In this document: positions 30,034-38,883 of the stretch, in pieces | How positions within the stretch are numbered: position 1 is the first letter of the stretch | Layout of the letters: every line of letters starts with the position of its first letter | Assembly (NCBI GenBank): GCA_039700805.1 | Contig: JBCAZE010000003.1 | Coordinates: forward strand, 1,552 to 65,551 | From: Pseudomonadota bacterium | Lineage (GTDB): Bacteria; Pseudomonadota; Gammaproteobacteria; Steroidobacterales; Woeseiaceae | Reading direction: 5' to 3' | Length of the DNA stretch: 64,000 bases | Notes under the pieces: generated by a model | What the model was told of the DNA's origin: nothing | What the model saw: the letters and a program-made list of their open reading frames with translations, nothing else | Databases searched by the model: none | Translations under genes and position numbers: made by a program

Positions 30034-31946
30034 GCGACAGCCAGTGGAAAGCCCGATTCGAACGGGAGCGCAACGCGCGTCAGCAGGCGGAGCGTATCTT
30101 GGAAGACAAGAGTCGTGAGCTTTATGAGGCAAATCAGAATTTGCTAGCCCTCACCCGCTCGCAAGATGTCGTCATTGAAGAGCGCACCAAAGAACTCCAC
30201 GCAACGATCGAGCAACTTAAGGGAGAAGCTGAGAAGCGCAAAGAGGCATCGAAAGAGCTGCGCGTCGCTCGCGATGAGGCGCTCGAACTTGCGCAAGTGA
30301 AGACCGATTTTCTAGCGCGGATGAGTCATGAAATCCGTACACCGATGAACGCGATCATTGGCCTCACGGGCGTTCTCCTCGACAAGATCAAAGATGCAGA
30401 ACTTGCCTCACATCTTCTGACAGTGCGTTCGAGCGGACATCTACTGCTCCGATTGATCAACGATATTCTCGACTTCTCGAAAGTTGACGCCGGCAAGATT
30501 GAACTCGAATACAACAATGCGTCACTGGAGTCTGTCATTCAGCAATCTGTTTCGCTGGTGATGCTGGAGGCCGATAAGAAGGAATCTCGTTTTGAGATTC
30601 AACGCGCCGAGGGTTTGCCGGAAAACATCGTTATCGATGCCGGACGCGTGGTTCAAGTGTTGAGCAACCTGGTCAACAACGCAGTCAAGTTCTCAGAAAA
30701 TGACATCATCAAGATCGCGGTTGAAGTCTCGAAGGAATCAATCCGTTTCGACGATGTTCCCGCGGAGATTCGCGCGCTCGATGACGGACAGCTGTTCGAT
30801 TATCGGTTTATCACCTTTGCGGTGACTGACCGTGGCATCGGTATTCATCCTGACAAGATCGACACACTTTTCGATCCATTTACCCAATTCGCCGGCGCAT
30901 CACCTGGCAGCTCCGGGCTGGGACTTGCGATTTGTAAGAGCCTTTGCGAGTGCATGGGCGGCGATATCTGGGTCACCAGTCAACCGGGCGAAGGATCGAC
31001 ATTCATTATTCGATTTATCTGTGGACTTGAGACAGCCACACGAGTAACGAAGGTCTATCAAGAAGAAGTCCTGGATTGTTCTGAAGAAACCGGTCGTCAT
31101 CTATTGTTGGGCGACGCGGCACTGGCAGCGAAACTCGGGGAAGCCCCGCTTGCGAGCAGCAAGCCGTTGCGCATACTCATTGCGGATGACTACGAGGTCA
31201 ATCGTATCGTCCAACAGGCGCAGCTCGATGCCCTAGGTTATCGAGCCGATACGGTGGCTAACGGTGAGGAAGTCCTGCGCGCGATCCATGCACGAGACTA
31301 CGACCTGATCATGATGGACATACGGATGCCCATCATGGACGGCGAGGAAACCACTCGTCGAATTCGATCCCATGCAGATCATCAGCCCTACATCGCAGCG
31401 GTAACAGCGAGCGCATTGAATGACGATCAGAAACGATTTGCGAAAGCTGGTTTCGATCGTTTCCTCGCGAAGCCGGTGGACGCAGCCGAGCTGGTGGAGA
31501 CATTAGAAGCAGCATTCGAGCATAAGCACGGACAAACCTCTGTACAGATGTTCTCGAACTCGGAGTTGATCGAGATCGAGCCGTTGGAACTCGATCACGA
31601 ATTTCTGACCAAGACGGTAGGGCCAGCACTCAACCAAGTTTTGGCACGTGTGGTACCGGTGTTCTTACGAGACTTACCAGACCGCTGTATTTCACTTGAG
31701 AAGAGTGTGAAAACCAAGGACGCGGAGTCGTTTGCATCCATTTGCCATGGCCTGAAAGGTGCAAGCCGAAGTGTCGGCGGCATGGACTTATCCGAGATGT
31801 GCGCCAGCTTTGAAGAACGTGCCTACAGTGGCTATGTCGCCAACGAAGATGAACTTGTTGAAATGACCAGCATGATCAACCGCACCCGTCGCGCGTTGGA
31901 GAGAAAACTCGCGACGATCAATGACCCATCGGAGGTGTCCGCATGA
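30030..31946 (+). CDS. Soluble hybrid histidine kinase (coiled coil-HisKA-HATPase-REC-HPt), H-NOX-associated
   Basis: H-box MSHEIRTPMNAIIG. G-boxes DRGIGI and GSSGLGLAICK. REC ILIADDYEVNR...DLIMMDIRMPIMDG. HPt ICHGLKGASRSVG. ATGA overlap with the H-NOX gene. Confidence 0.9.
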   Translation: MSDSQWKARFERERNARQQAERILEDKSRELYEANQNLLALTRSQDVVIEERTKELHATIEQLKGEAEKRKEASKELRVARDEALELAQVKTDFLARMSHEIRTPMNAIIGLTGVLLDKIKDAELASHLLTVRSSGHLLLRLINDILDFSKVDAGKIELEYNNASLESVIQQSVSLVMLEADKKESRFEIQRAEGLPENIVIDAGRVVQVLSNLVNNAVKFSENDIIKIAVEVSKESIRFDDVPAEIRALDDGQLFDYRFITFAVTDRGIGIHPDKIDTLFDPFTQFAGASPGSSGLGLAICKSLCECMGGDIWVTSQPGEGSTFIIRFICGLETATRVTKVYQEEVLDCSEETGRHLLLGDAALAAKLGEAPLASSKPLRILIADDYEVNRIVQQAQLDALGYRADTVANGEEVLRAIHARDYDLIMMDIRMPIMDGEETTRRIRSHADHQPYIAAVTASALNDDQKRFAKAGFDRFLAKPVDAAELVETLEAAFEHKHGQTSVQMFSNSELIEIEPLELDHEFLTKTVGPALNQVLARVVPVFLRDLPDRCISLEKSVKTKDAESFASICHGLKGASRSVGGMDLSEMCASFEERAYSGYVANEDELVEMTSMINRTRRALERKLATINDPSEVSA

Positions 31947-32692
31947 AAAACGGGACCAATGCCGCGACCATCGAAGCGCATGACGAACTGCTAGACCCAA
32001 TGGCGTTTGCCATGAAGCATTCGAGCGGTAGACGGAGAAATCGCTTCACGCGCAAAGTGTTTCTTGCCTTCTGGTGGTTGAATATTCGCGTGCAGCGCGC
32101 CCTGAAGCGGTGTATCGACTTTCTAGGCGCAGCGGTAGGACTATTGCTGCTCTCGCCTTTGCTGATCATTGTCGCAATCTGCATCAAACTAGATTCGCGT
32201 GGCCCCGTGTTTTACTCGCAGATTCGAGTCGGCGAACGTGGAAAGACATTTCGTATGTACAAGTTTCGCTCGATGCGCACAGATGCCGACGAAGTTCGTG
32301 CCGAGCTCGAAGCTGCGAACGAAAGTGCCGATGGCGTCATCTTCAAAATGAAAGAGGACCCGCGTGTCACTCGACTTGGGCGGTTCATACGCCGATTCTC
32401 GATCGATGAACTTCCGCAGCTCTACAACATCCTCCGTGGCGATATGGCAATCGTTGGACCAAGACCCGCATTGCCATCGGAAGTCGCACAATACGACATC
32501 CAAGCCCGCAAGCGACTGCAAACCAAGCCGGGCCTGACATGCATCTGGCAAGTCAGCGGCCGCTCGAATCTGTCCTTCTCTCAGCAGATTGATCTCGATA
32601 TCGAATACTTGAGTTCGAAGTCGACGAAAAAGGACATCGAGCTCATCGCAAAAACCATCCCGGCGGTGATTGATAGCGACGGGGCGTACTAG
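31943..32692 (+). CDS. Undecaprenyl-phosphate sugar phosphotransferase (WbaP/ExoY-type priming enzyme)
   Basis: Bacterial sugar-transferase motifs PVFYSQIRVGERGK.F.MYKFRSM, DELPQLYNILRGDMAIVGPRP and KPGLTCIWQVSGRS. ATGA overlap with the kinase gene. Confidence 0.9.
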   Translation: MKNGTNAATIEAHDELLDPMAFAMKHSSGRRRNRFTRKVFLAFWWLNIRVQRALKRCIDFLGAAVGLLLLSPLLIIVAICIKLDSRGPVFYSQIRVGERGKTFRMYKFRSMRTDADEVRAELEAANESADGVIFKMKEDPRVTRLGRFIRRFSIDELPQLYNILRGDMAIVGPRPALPSEVAQYDIQARKRLQTKPGLTCIWQVSGRSNLSFSQQIDLDIEYLSSKSTKKDIELIAKTIPAVIDSDGAY

Positions 32693-33648
32693 TGAGCGGT
32701 ACGCAGATAGAGCCACCGATTGCTGTGATCGGCTTTAGCAACCTTGGATCACCGATAGAGGAAGCTTGGCCATCGACCCACCGGGCGCTACTGCCGATAG
32801 CGGGGCAACCGGTGATCGTCCGACTGATGCAGCAATTGAGCGCCCAAGGCATCTCGCATTTACGAATCGCGGGCTCTATTCAGCAGGTCGCTGTCAAACA
32901 GCGAATCGGTGATGGTTCTGAGTGGGGACTAAAGGTGCGCTACTCGGACTTGCACGGCGCTGACCTTCGCAGCCAAACGCTTCTGGAGAGAGGTCGATGC
33001 TTATACCTCGCAGGCGACGTGCTGCACGCCGGACGGTTCGAATCGTCGGGCGCTCTGGGCCGCATGGAAACGACGAAACGACTGTCGGCTGTGGAAGAAG
33101 AGTCGAGTCTCTGGGCGTTGGATGTAAACGGTGAACAACGATTGCGACTCAGCCCCGTTCGCAACGAGGCAACGGCAAGCCTGCGATTGGCGGACGCCGG
33201 CAGTTTCCATCGGGCAAACCTCGCGGCCGTCAAAGGCTTAATCAACAACATCAACATTCCAGGTCGTCAAATGCGCTCGGGCGTGTGGGAAGACTGGTCT
33301 ACCGACGTCGCCGACGATGCGCATATCGGCGACCGAGTCGTTATTGGCAAACACTGTTCGATCGGCAGTGGTGTGAAACTGCATTCCGATGTGATCGTTG
33401 GCAACGGCTGCATCATCATGAAGCACGCCCAGCTCAAGAATGTAACGCTACTGCCCAATACCTACATTGGTTCAGACGTGCGATTGCGCGATGCCATCGT
33501 CAGCCCGATTGGCATTTTCGACTTTGGTGACCACTACTGGCCAATTGGTAATGAACATCTCATCAGTCGCTCTCGCAGCAACCAAGAGGCTGCGACGGGT
33601 ATTCCGAGCGAACACCTGAACCTAACCGAAAAGGAATTGCGCACCTAA
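32692..33648 (+). CDS. Nucleotidyltransferase-like / left-handed beta-helix protein with degenerate NTP-binding motif
   Basis: N-terminal NTP_transferase-like fold signature (LLPIAGQPVIVRLMQQL), but AVIGFSNLGSP replaces G-x-G-T-R. C-terminal hexapeptide repeats IGDRVVIGKHCSIGSGVKLHSDVIVGNGC. TAGTG overlap. Confidence 0.55.
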   Translation: MSGTQIEPPIAVIGFSNLGSPIEEAWPSTHRALLPIAGQPVIVRLMQQLSAQGISHLRIAGSIQQVAVKQRIGDGSEWGLKVRYSDLHGADLRSQTLLERGRCLYLAGDVLHAGRFESSGALGRMETTKRLSAVEEESSLWALDVNGEQRLRLSPVRNEATASLRLADAGSFHRANLAAVKGLINNINIPGRQMRSGVWEDWSTDVADDAHIGDRVVIGKHCSIGSGVKLHSDVIVGNGCIIMKHAQLKNVTLLPNTYIGSDVRLRDAIVSPIGIFDFGDHYWPIGNEHLISRSRSNQEAATGIPSEHLNLTEKELRT

Positions 33649-33670
33649 CGCCGCGCATACGGAGCAAACC

Positions 33671-34894
33671 ATGAAAGTTGCGATTATCCACGATTGGTGC
33701 GTTGTCTACGGCGGTGCGGAACGCGTCCTCGAACACATTATCGACTGCTATCCGCAGGCTGACATCTTTTCTCTTATCGACAAAGTCCCCGAGGAACAGC
33801 GTCACTTCTTGCGAGGAAAAACGGTCAATACCAGTTTCTTGCAGCGAATTCCGAAAATCGAAAAACTGTATCGAAAGCTGCTGTTTTTGATGCCGTACGC
33901 AATCGAGCAATTCGATCTTACGGAGTATGACCTCGTGATCTCGTCAAGCTACTGCGTGGCAAAGGGCGTTCTGACGGGTCCAAACCAACTGCATGTCAGC
34001 TACTGCCATTCCCCAATGCGCTATGCATGGGATCACTATCATGAATACTTGCACGAAATGAACCTCGGCAATGGACCTATCGGACTCTTCGCTAAGAGAA
34101 CACTCCATAAGATTCGGGACTGGGATGTTCGGTCCTCCAATACTGTCGATCGCTTTGTTGCCAATTCAAGCTTCGTTAACGCGCGCATCAAAAAATTCTA
34201 TCGCCGAGACAGCGATATCGTGTTCCCGCCGGTGGAAACGTCAATCTTCGAGGTGCAACACCACAAAGAGGACTATTACGTCACGGCGGGTCGATTCGTG
34301 CCCTTCAAACGGCTCGATTTGGTTGTGGATGCGTTCCGAGAAATGCCAGACAAGAAGTTAATCGTTGTCGGCGACGGACCCGACCGCGGCAAGCTCGAAT
34401 CAAAGGCTGGGTCGAACGTCACATTCACTGGTTTCTTGTCGGCACCCGAAGTCGCGAATTATCTCGGACGTGCAAAGGCGTTCCTCTTTCCCTCAGAGGA
34501 AGACTTTGGCATCGTGCCCGTAGAGGCTCAGGCTTCGGGAACGCCAGTCATTGCCTTTGGGTCTGGTGGCGCGCTCGAAACAGTTGTCAGTCCGGAGCAG
34601 GCTAAGCGCACACAGTCTCAACCCACCGGCTTGTTCTTCAACCGACAAACGCCAGGCGCCATCGTCGACGCTGTCAAACGCTTCGAAGATAACATCTCGA
34701 TCTTCGAGCCGGCGGCGATTAGCCGTCACGCCAGCAGCTTTGCACCGAGCGCCTTCAAAGAAGCGCTCCTCGCGAGTGTTGCACGCGCGTGGCAGGAAAA
34801 AGCATACCGACCCAACATTCCACCGACGGGTTCTGACAACAACTGGTCTACGGAGATAACCGACGCTCGTGATTCACTATCCAATGTCGGCTGA
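33671..34894 (+). CDS. Glycosyltransferase family 4
   Basis: MKVAIIHDW..YGGAERV at the N-terminus. EDFGIVPVEAQASGTPVIAFGSGGALETV. Confidence 0.85.
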   Translation: MKVAIIHDWCVVYGGAERVLEHIIDCYPQADIFSLIDKVPEEQRHFLRGKTVNTSFLQRIPKIEKLYRKLLFLMPYAIEQFDLTEYDLVISSSYCVAKGVLTGPNQLHVSYCHSPMRYAWDHYHEYLHEMNLGNGPIGLFAKRTLHKIRDWDVRSSNTVDRFVANSSFVNARIKKFYRRDSDIVFPPVETSIFEVQHHKEDYYVTAGRFVPFKRLDLVVDAFREMPDKKLIVVGDGPDRGKLESKAGSNVTFTGFLSAPEVANYLGRAKAFLFPSEEDFGIVPVEAQASGTPVIAFGSGGALETVVSPEQAKRTQSQPTGLFFNRQTPGAIVDAVKRFEDNISIFEPAAISRHASSFAPSAFKEALLASVARAWQEKAYRPNIPPTGSDNNWSTEITDARDSLSNVG

Positions 34895-34911
34895 GACCAA
34901 AACGCGTATCA

Positions 34912-36063
34912 TCAAGATGGATCTTCAAGTTCACTGCAAGCTCGCGGCATCGCATTGATCCACGCTGCAATGAGCGACACCCCATCGTTATGAGCGATAG
35001 CTCGACCGAGTTCCGGCATCATGACCGCCGGATCGTCGGATGCCATGCGATACGTGAAGATCGATGCATCCGCATCTCCAGGGACGATGTCATAGCGGCG
35101 ATCACCGGTGCCCGTTCCAGCCGCGATCGGCGGTTTGCACAAACCTAGCTGAACGCCGTGCGGCGTCGTCGCCTCGAGATGCAATCCCGAGGTGTCGGCG
35201 GCGCCTTGCGCGTTGTGACAATGCGCGCAGTTGATATCCAAGTAAGCCCTAGCGCGCCTATCCAATGGCGCAGTCTGATCATCCCATGCGGCATTCGCAG
35301 GGATCTCGTTGTCCGGCGGTAGTCCTTTCAGCATACCGACAGACGCCCAATACTGGAGCTGATTGGGCATACCGTCGAATAACGTGGACTCACGATTCAG
35401 ATGTCGTGCCTTCGGCCCGATCGGGAGCAGTTTGCGACTCGTCGCATTGGTGGCATGACAACCAGCGCACTGATTAACGTTCGGCACAAGGTAGTTGAAC
35501 GGCTGTTCATCCTCTTGAGATATCAAGCGAAGGGGCTTGATGGCGCCTGCACGCTTCAACACAGCTTCGGTCTGTTCCTCATTCCAAACGTAAGGCAACG
35601 CGACCCAACCTTCTGCACGATGGACAAGGATCCGCGTTTCGATCAGTCTCACTGACGTTAGGTCGAAGCCATCGGCAAGCCGTTTGGGTGTATCGTCGAC
35701 GCCGACGGTAACGCGATGCCCAGCGGCATCCTCGCTCGGGTAGTAAAACGTCTTCGAGATGATCGTGCCTACAGGAAAATCGAACGTTTCTGTCGGTGAG
35801 TATTCGGCGGCTAAACCATCAGGCAACGTGATTGTTCGAAGCTTATGAGCGTAGTCAGAAAACAGTGGTGAGTTCAGTTCGTAAGCAACAACACGTTCGT
35901 TGAGCACCAATTGATTTGAAGATAAGCGAAACAGCTGCCACGCACTTAGGCGTGTCGGGTTGTCAATCGCATGGAACATCGGCGCCACAGGCGACCGGCC
36001 GCCGCACGAAAGCAACGCGAGCGAAAGCATCACTATCAGAGAGCGCTTTAGAGAACCCAACAC
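34912..36063 (-). CDS. Dihaem c-type cytochrome lipoprotein (resembles what I recall as the SO_2930 family)
   Basis: Lipobox LALLSC-G. Two CXXCH motifs (CAGCH and CAHCH). Start overlaps the stop of the upstream beta-helix gene. Confidence 0.7.
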   Translation of the reverse strand: MLGSLKRSLIVMLSLALLSCGGRSPVAPMFHAIDNPTRLSAWQLFRLSSNQLVLNERVVAYELNSPLFSDYAHKLRTITLPDGLAAEYSPTETFDFPVGTIISKTFYYPSEDAAGHRVTVGVDDTPKRLADGFDLTSVRLIETRILVHRAEGWVALPYVWNEEQTEAVLKRAGAIKPLRLISQEDEQPFNYLVPNVNQCAGCHATNATSRKLLPIGPKARHLNRESTLFDGMPNQLQYWASVGMLKGLPPDNEIPANAAWDDQTAPLDRRARAYLDINCAHCHNAQGAADTSGLHLEATTPHGVQLGLCKPPIAAGTGTGDRRYDIVPGDADASIFTYRMASDDPAVMMPELGRAIAHNDGVSLIAAWINAMPRACSELEDPS

Positions 36064-37295
36064 TATCCCGTCTCGAGTGACACCGCGGGAAGCTTCGGCA
36101 AGACGCAGCGATGACGATCGGTGTCTTCTTGCGGGTTCTTGTAACCGCCTGGGCCGTCCGCATTCAACACAGCACTATCGCCATTGCTGACACAAATTCT
36201 TGATGCCAGCGGCATCACGCCATCGACGAGTTTCTCCTCGTTCTGAAAACCGTCCCAAACAACGTCGGGGAACGCACCACCGAATCCGTAAACAGCAAGT
36301 TTCAGCGCCTTCAGATCAAGGCCATCGGGTGATTCGCCACCCCCATCGAAACGATTGTCATAGATATAGATACCTTCGGGATAAGGATCGTAGCTATCGA
36401 CGGTATCTCCCTCACTGTAGTTGGTTGAGTAGACACTAGAGACGATGACATTCGCTGTGTTGTTGTTGCGTACATCGTTCTCAAAGATCTCAACGCGATC
36501 GTTGGAATTGATGACAATGCCAGAGCCGGCCGGCACGCTCGCCACCGGCGTACCTTTGTGTCCGAAGTTGTCGGTATTGTTATCAACAACGGTGTTGTTA
36601 AAAACACGGGTATTGCGACCTTCCTGTGGCAAGTTCGGCATATTGAAAACCAGAATCCCGCCGGTGTTATTAACCGCAGTGTTCTCATAGACATCGGCGT
36701 TGATCGTGTTTTCGATCTCGATACCTGCCACATTAAATTCGGCGCGGTTACGCCGCACAATCACGTTGTTTGATTGTCCGATATACAAACCGGCATCGGA
36801 GGCGCCAATCGCGACGTTGTCTTCCATCAACACATTGGTTGTCTGCACTGGATAGATCCCGTACGCACCGTTGCTGGTCTTGTGCCCGCCGGTCCATTCG
36901 GTTCGAATACCGCGAATAACGATATTGTCGCCCTCAGTGATCTTGAGCGCATCGCCTTTGGTATCTTCGATAGCAAGATGCTCGATCGTAAAATCATTGG
37001 CGGTCACTAGCAGACCTTCGGCACCAGCAACTTGGCCCTTAAACGAGAGGATCGTTTTGTCCATACCGGCGCCCCGGATGGTCACGCCATCGACCGCCAG
37101 GCTTAAAGACCGGTCGAACAAAAACACACCCTCTGGGATGTTGATAACCGAACCCGGTGTGGCGTCAAGCAACTGAAGCTGCAGTGTTTCCTGATAGCTC
37201 GTATCAACTGCCGCAGTACTTGTATCCTCGTCGGACGAACAGCCGGTTAGCGCCGAGAGAATGATCGCAGCGCCAGCAAGACGTTCGAAATGCAT
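36063..37295 (-). CDS. Parallel beta-helix repeat lipoprotein
   Basis: Lipobox LSALTGC-S. Repeated N/G/I-rich turns of about 22 aa (VIVRRNRAEFNVAGIEIENT..., NTAVNNTGGILVFN...) typical of a right-handed beta-helix. Confidence 0.7.
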   Translation of the reverse strand: MHFERLAGAAIILSALTGCSSDEDTSTAAVDTSYQETLQLQLLDATPGSVINIPEGVFLFDRSLSLAVDGVTIRGAGMDKTILSFKGQVAGAEGLLVTANDFTIEHLAIEDTKGDALKITEGDNIVIRGIRTEWTGGHKTSNGAYGIYPVQTTNVLMEDNVAIGASDAGLYIGQSNNVIVRRNRAEFNVAGIEIENTINADVYENTAVNNTGGILVFNMPNLPQEGRNTRVFNNTVVDNNTDNFGHKGTPVASVPAGSGIVINSNDRVEIFENDVRNNNTANVIVSSVYSTNYSEGDTVDSYDPYPEGIYIYDNRFDGGGESPDGLDLKALKLAVYGFGGAFPDVVWDGFQNEEKLVDGVMPLASRICVSNGDSAVLNADGPGGYKNPQEDTDRHRCVLPKLPAVSLETG

Positions 37296-37440
37296 GGTAG
37301 TCCCCCTTCACCATGATATGTGTGATCTAAGATTAGCAGGAGTGCTTACCGAATGCTCCGGCGGAACGCGCTTTTGCGGTGCGGGGCGTGGGCGCGCCCT
37401 ACGATCGAGAGCGCGCCCGCATGCAGTCAGTGAATCAGCG

Positions 37441-38823
37441 TCATACGTGGGCTTGCAACCGTGCCCTGATGTCGTCGAACGTGTCGTCAATCAACAACTC
37501 ACCATCGCGGAACACGGGTCTCAGCAAGTTCCCACCCGCCGGCGCATCCGCTTCGCGCACTGTCATAAAGGCGCCTTTTGACGCGACCAATGCGAGCCGA
37601 CCGCGTTTGGAACGTTTCCCTTTGTCCGTGACGGGATCCTTGTAGACATCCGACCATTGTCCATCGACGCGAATGGCGGAGGCTTTCATTGCGAACTTCA
37701 TCGTGTCGCGATTGACGTTTTGCAGGAGTTCGCCGCCCATACCAAAAGCGACGTTGTCCGCACTGAACCGATGAATCTTCATGACCGCCAGGATCTGCCG
37801 AATTTGTGCGGGACTGATGCCGTCGCCTTGTATCACGCGAACGTAGTCGGGCAAAACGAGATAGCCTTTGCTGTTTTCGCGATAGCCGAATCGGTCCATC
37901 AGTTTTCGGATCGACTCACAGACAATGTCAGCCGGATCACCGCTGTCCGGACGGATGACGACAGTGCCACCGTTGTTGATGACGGCGTCTTTGAGTTCGC
38001 CACCCCACAAGTGCTCGATGGCGTGAAACAGATCATACGAATCGCTAACGATGGCGACCGTCTTCTCTGGACCAGCGAATTGCTGCAACATGTTGCGATA
38101 CGCATCGAGCTCTCGTTCCTGGCCCCAGCAGGTGATGGTGGAGTGTTCTGCAGCGGGTATCGAGAAACCCGGCATTTCAGCAGCGTAGTACCGACGTAAG
38201 GCAGTGATACCGTTGATGGTATCTGTACCCATGAACGAAAGTAGGTGAGCGGCACCGCCAGCCTCAGCAGACTCCATAGAGCTCACACCACGAGCACCGA
38301 AATCGTGAAGTTTGAACTCAATGCCGTCCAGCGAATCAGCCGTCTCCAACATAGCTCGCTTGATCGTCTCCCGACACTCGAACGATCGCGTCGCTATCGT
38401 GGTGGGATACCAGATCGCGCGTAACATCGCGGTTTCGATATAACTCGTTAACCATGGCACGGCAGGGTCAGTGTTTCTCACTTGGACCATGACGTTGGAC
38501 ACAGGCATACGCGTTCCCTCGGGTACCGCCTCGACTTCTAACGGCAGTCGCCCACCATGGGCATCGAGAATATGCAGCCATCCGGCGCGATTAAACGGCA
38601 GACCATGAGCGCTTAACACCGCCTCGGCTTCCTCAATGTGCTCGCGAGTGATGGGCTGAGATAAGTAGCGCTTCAGGAACATCTGCAAACCGAAGAAAAC
38701 ACTCTCTTCGTACTCACCACCTCGAGATTCGATGTAGCTGGAGACAAATTCCGCACCCGGCGGATATTGCAGATAGTGCGACGCCTTGTAGGAATCAATA
38801 TTTAGGATTGGATTGATCATCAC
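37441..38823 (-). CDS. nadV: Nicotinamide phosphoribosyltransferase
   Basis: N-terminus NPILNIDSYKASHYLQYPPG, with the overall NAMPT pattern as I recall it. Upstream partner is nadM. Confidence 0.9.
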   Translation of the reverse strand: MMINPILNIDSYKASHYLQYPPGAEFVSSYIESRGGEYEESVFFGLQMFLKRYLSQPITREHIEEAEAVLSAHGLPFNRAGWLHILDAHGGRLPLEVEAVPEGTRMPVSNVMVQVRNTDPAVPWLTSYIETAMLRAIWYPTTIATRSFECRETIKRAMLETADSLDGIEFKLHDFGARGVSSMESAEAGGAAHLLSFMGTDTINGITALRRYYAAEMPGFSIPAAEHSTITCWGQERELDAYRNMLQQFAGPEKTVAIVSDSYDLFHAIEHLWGGELKDAVINNGGTVVIRPDSGDPADIVCESIRKLMDRFGYRENSKGYLVLPDYVRVIQGDGISPAQIRQILAVMKIHRFSADNVAFGMGGELLQNVNRDTMKFAMKASAIRVDGQWSDVYKDPVTDKGKRSKRGRLALVASKGAFMTVREADAPAGGNLLRPVFRDGELLIDDTFDDIRARLQAHV

Positions 38824-38883
38824 TGGAGCTCCTCCTGTGAAAAAGAGAATGCGGGTCTTTCCTGCATTCTTGTGATGCCCTGA

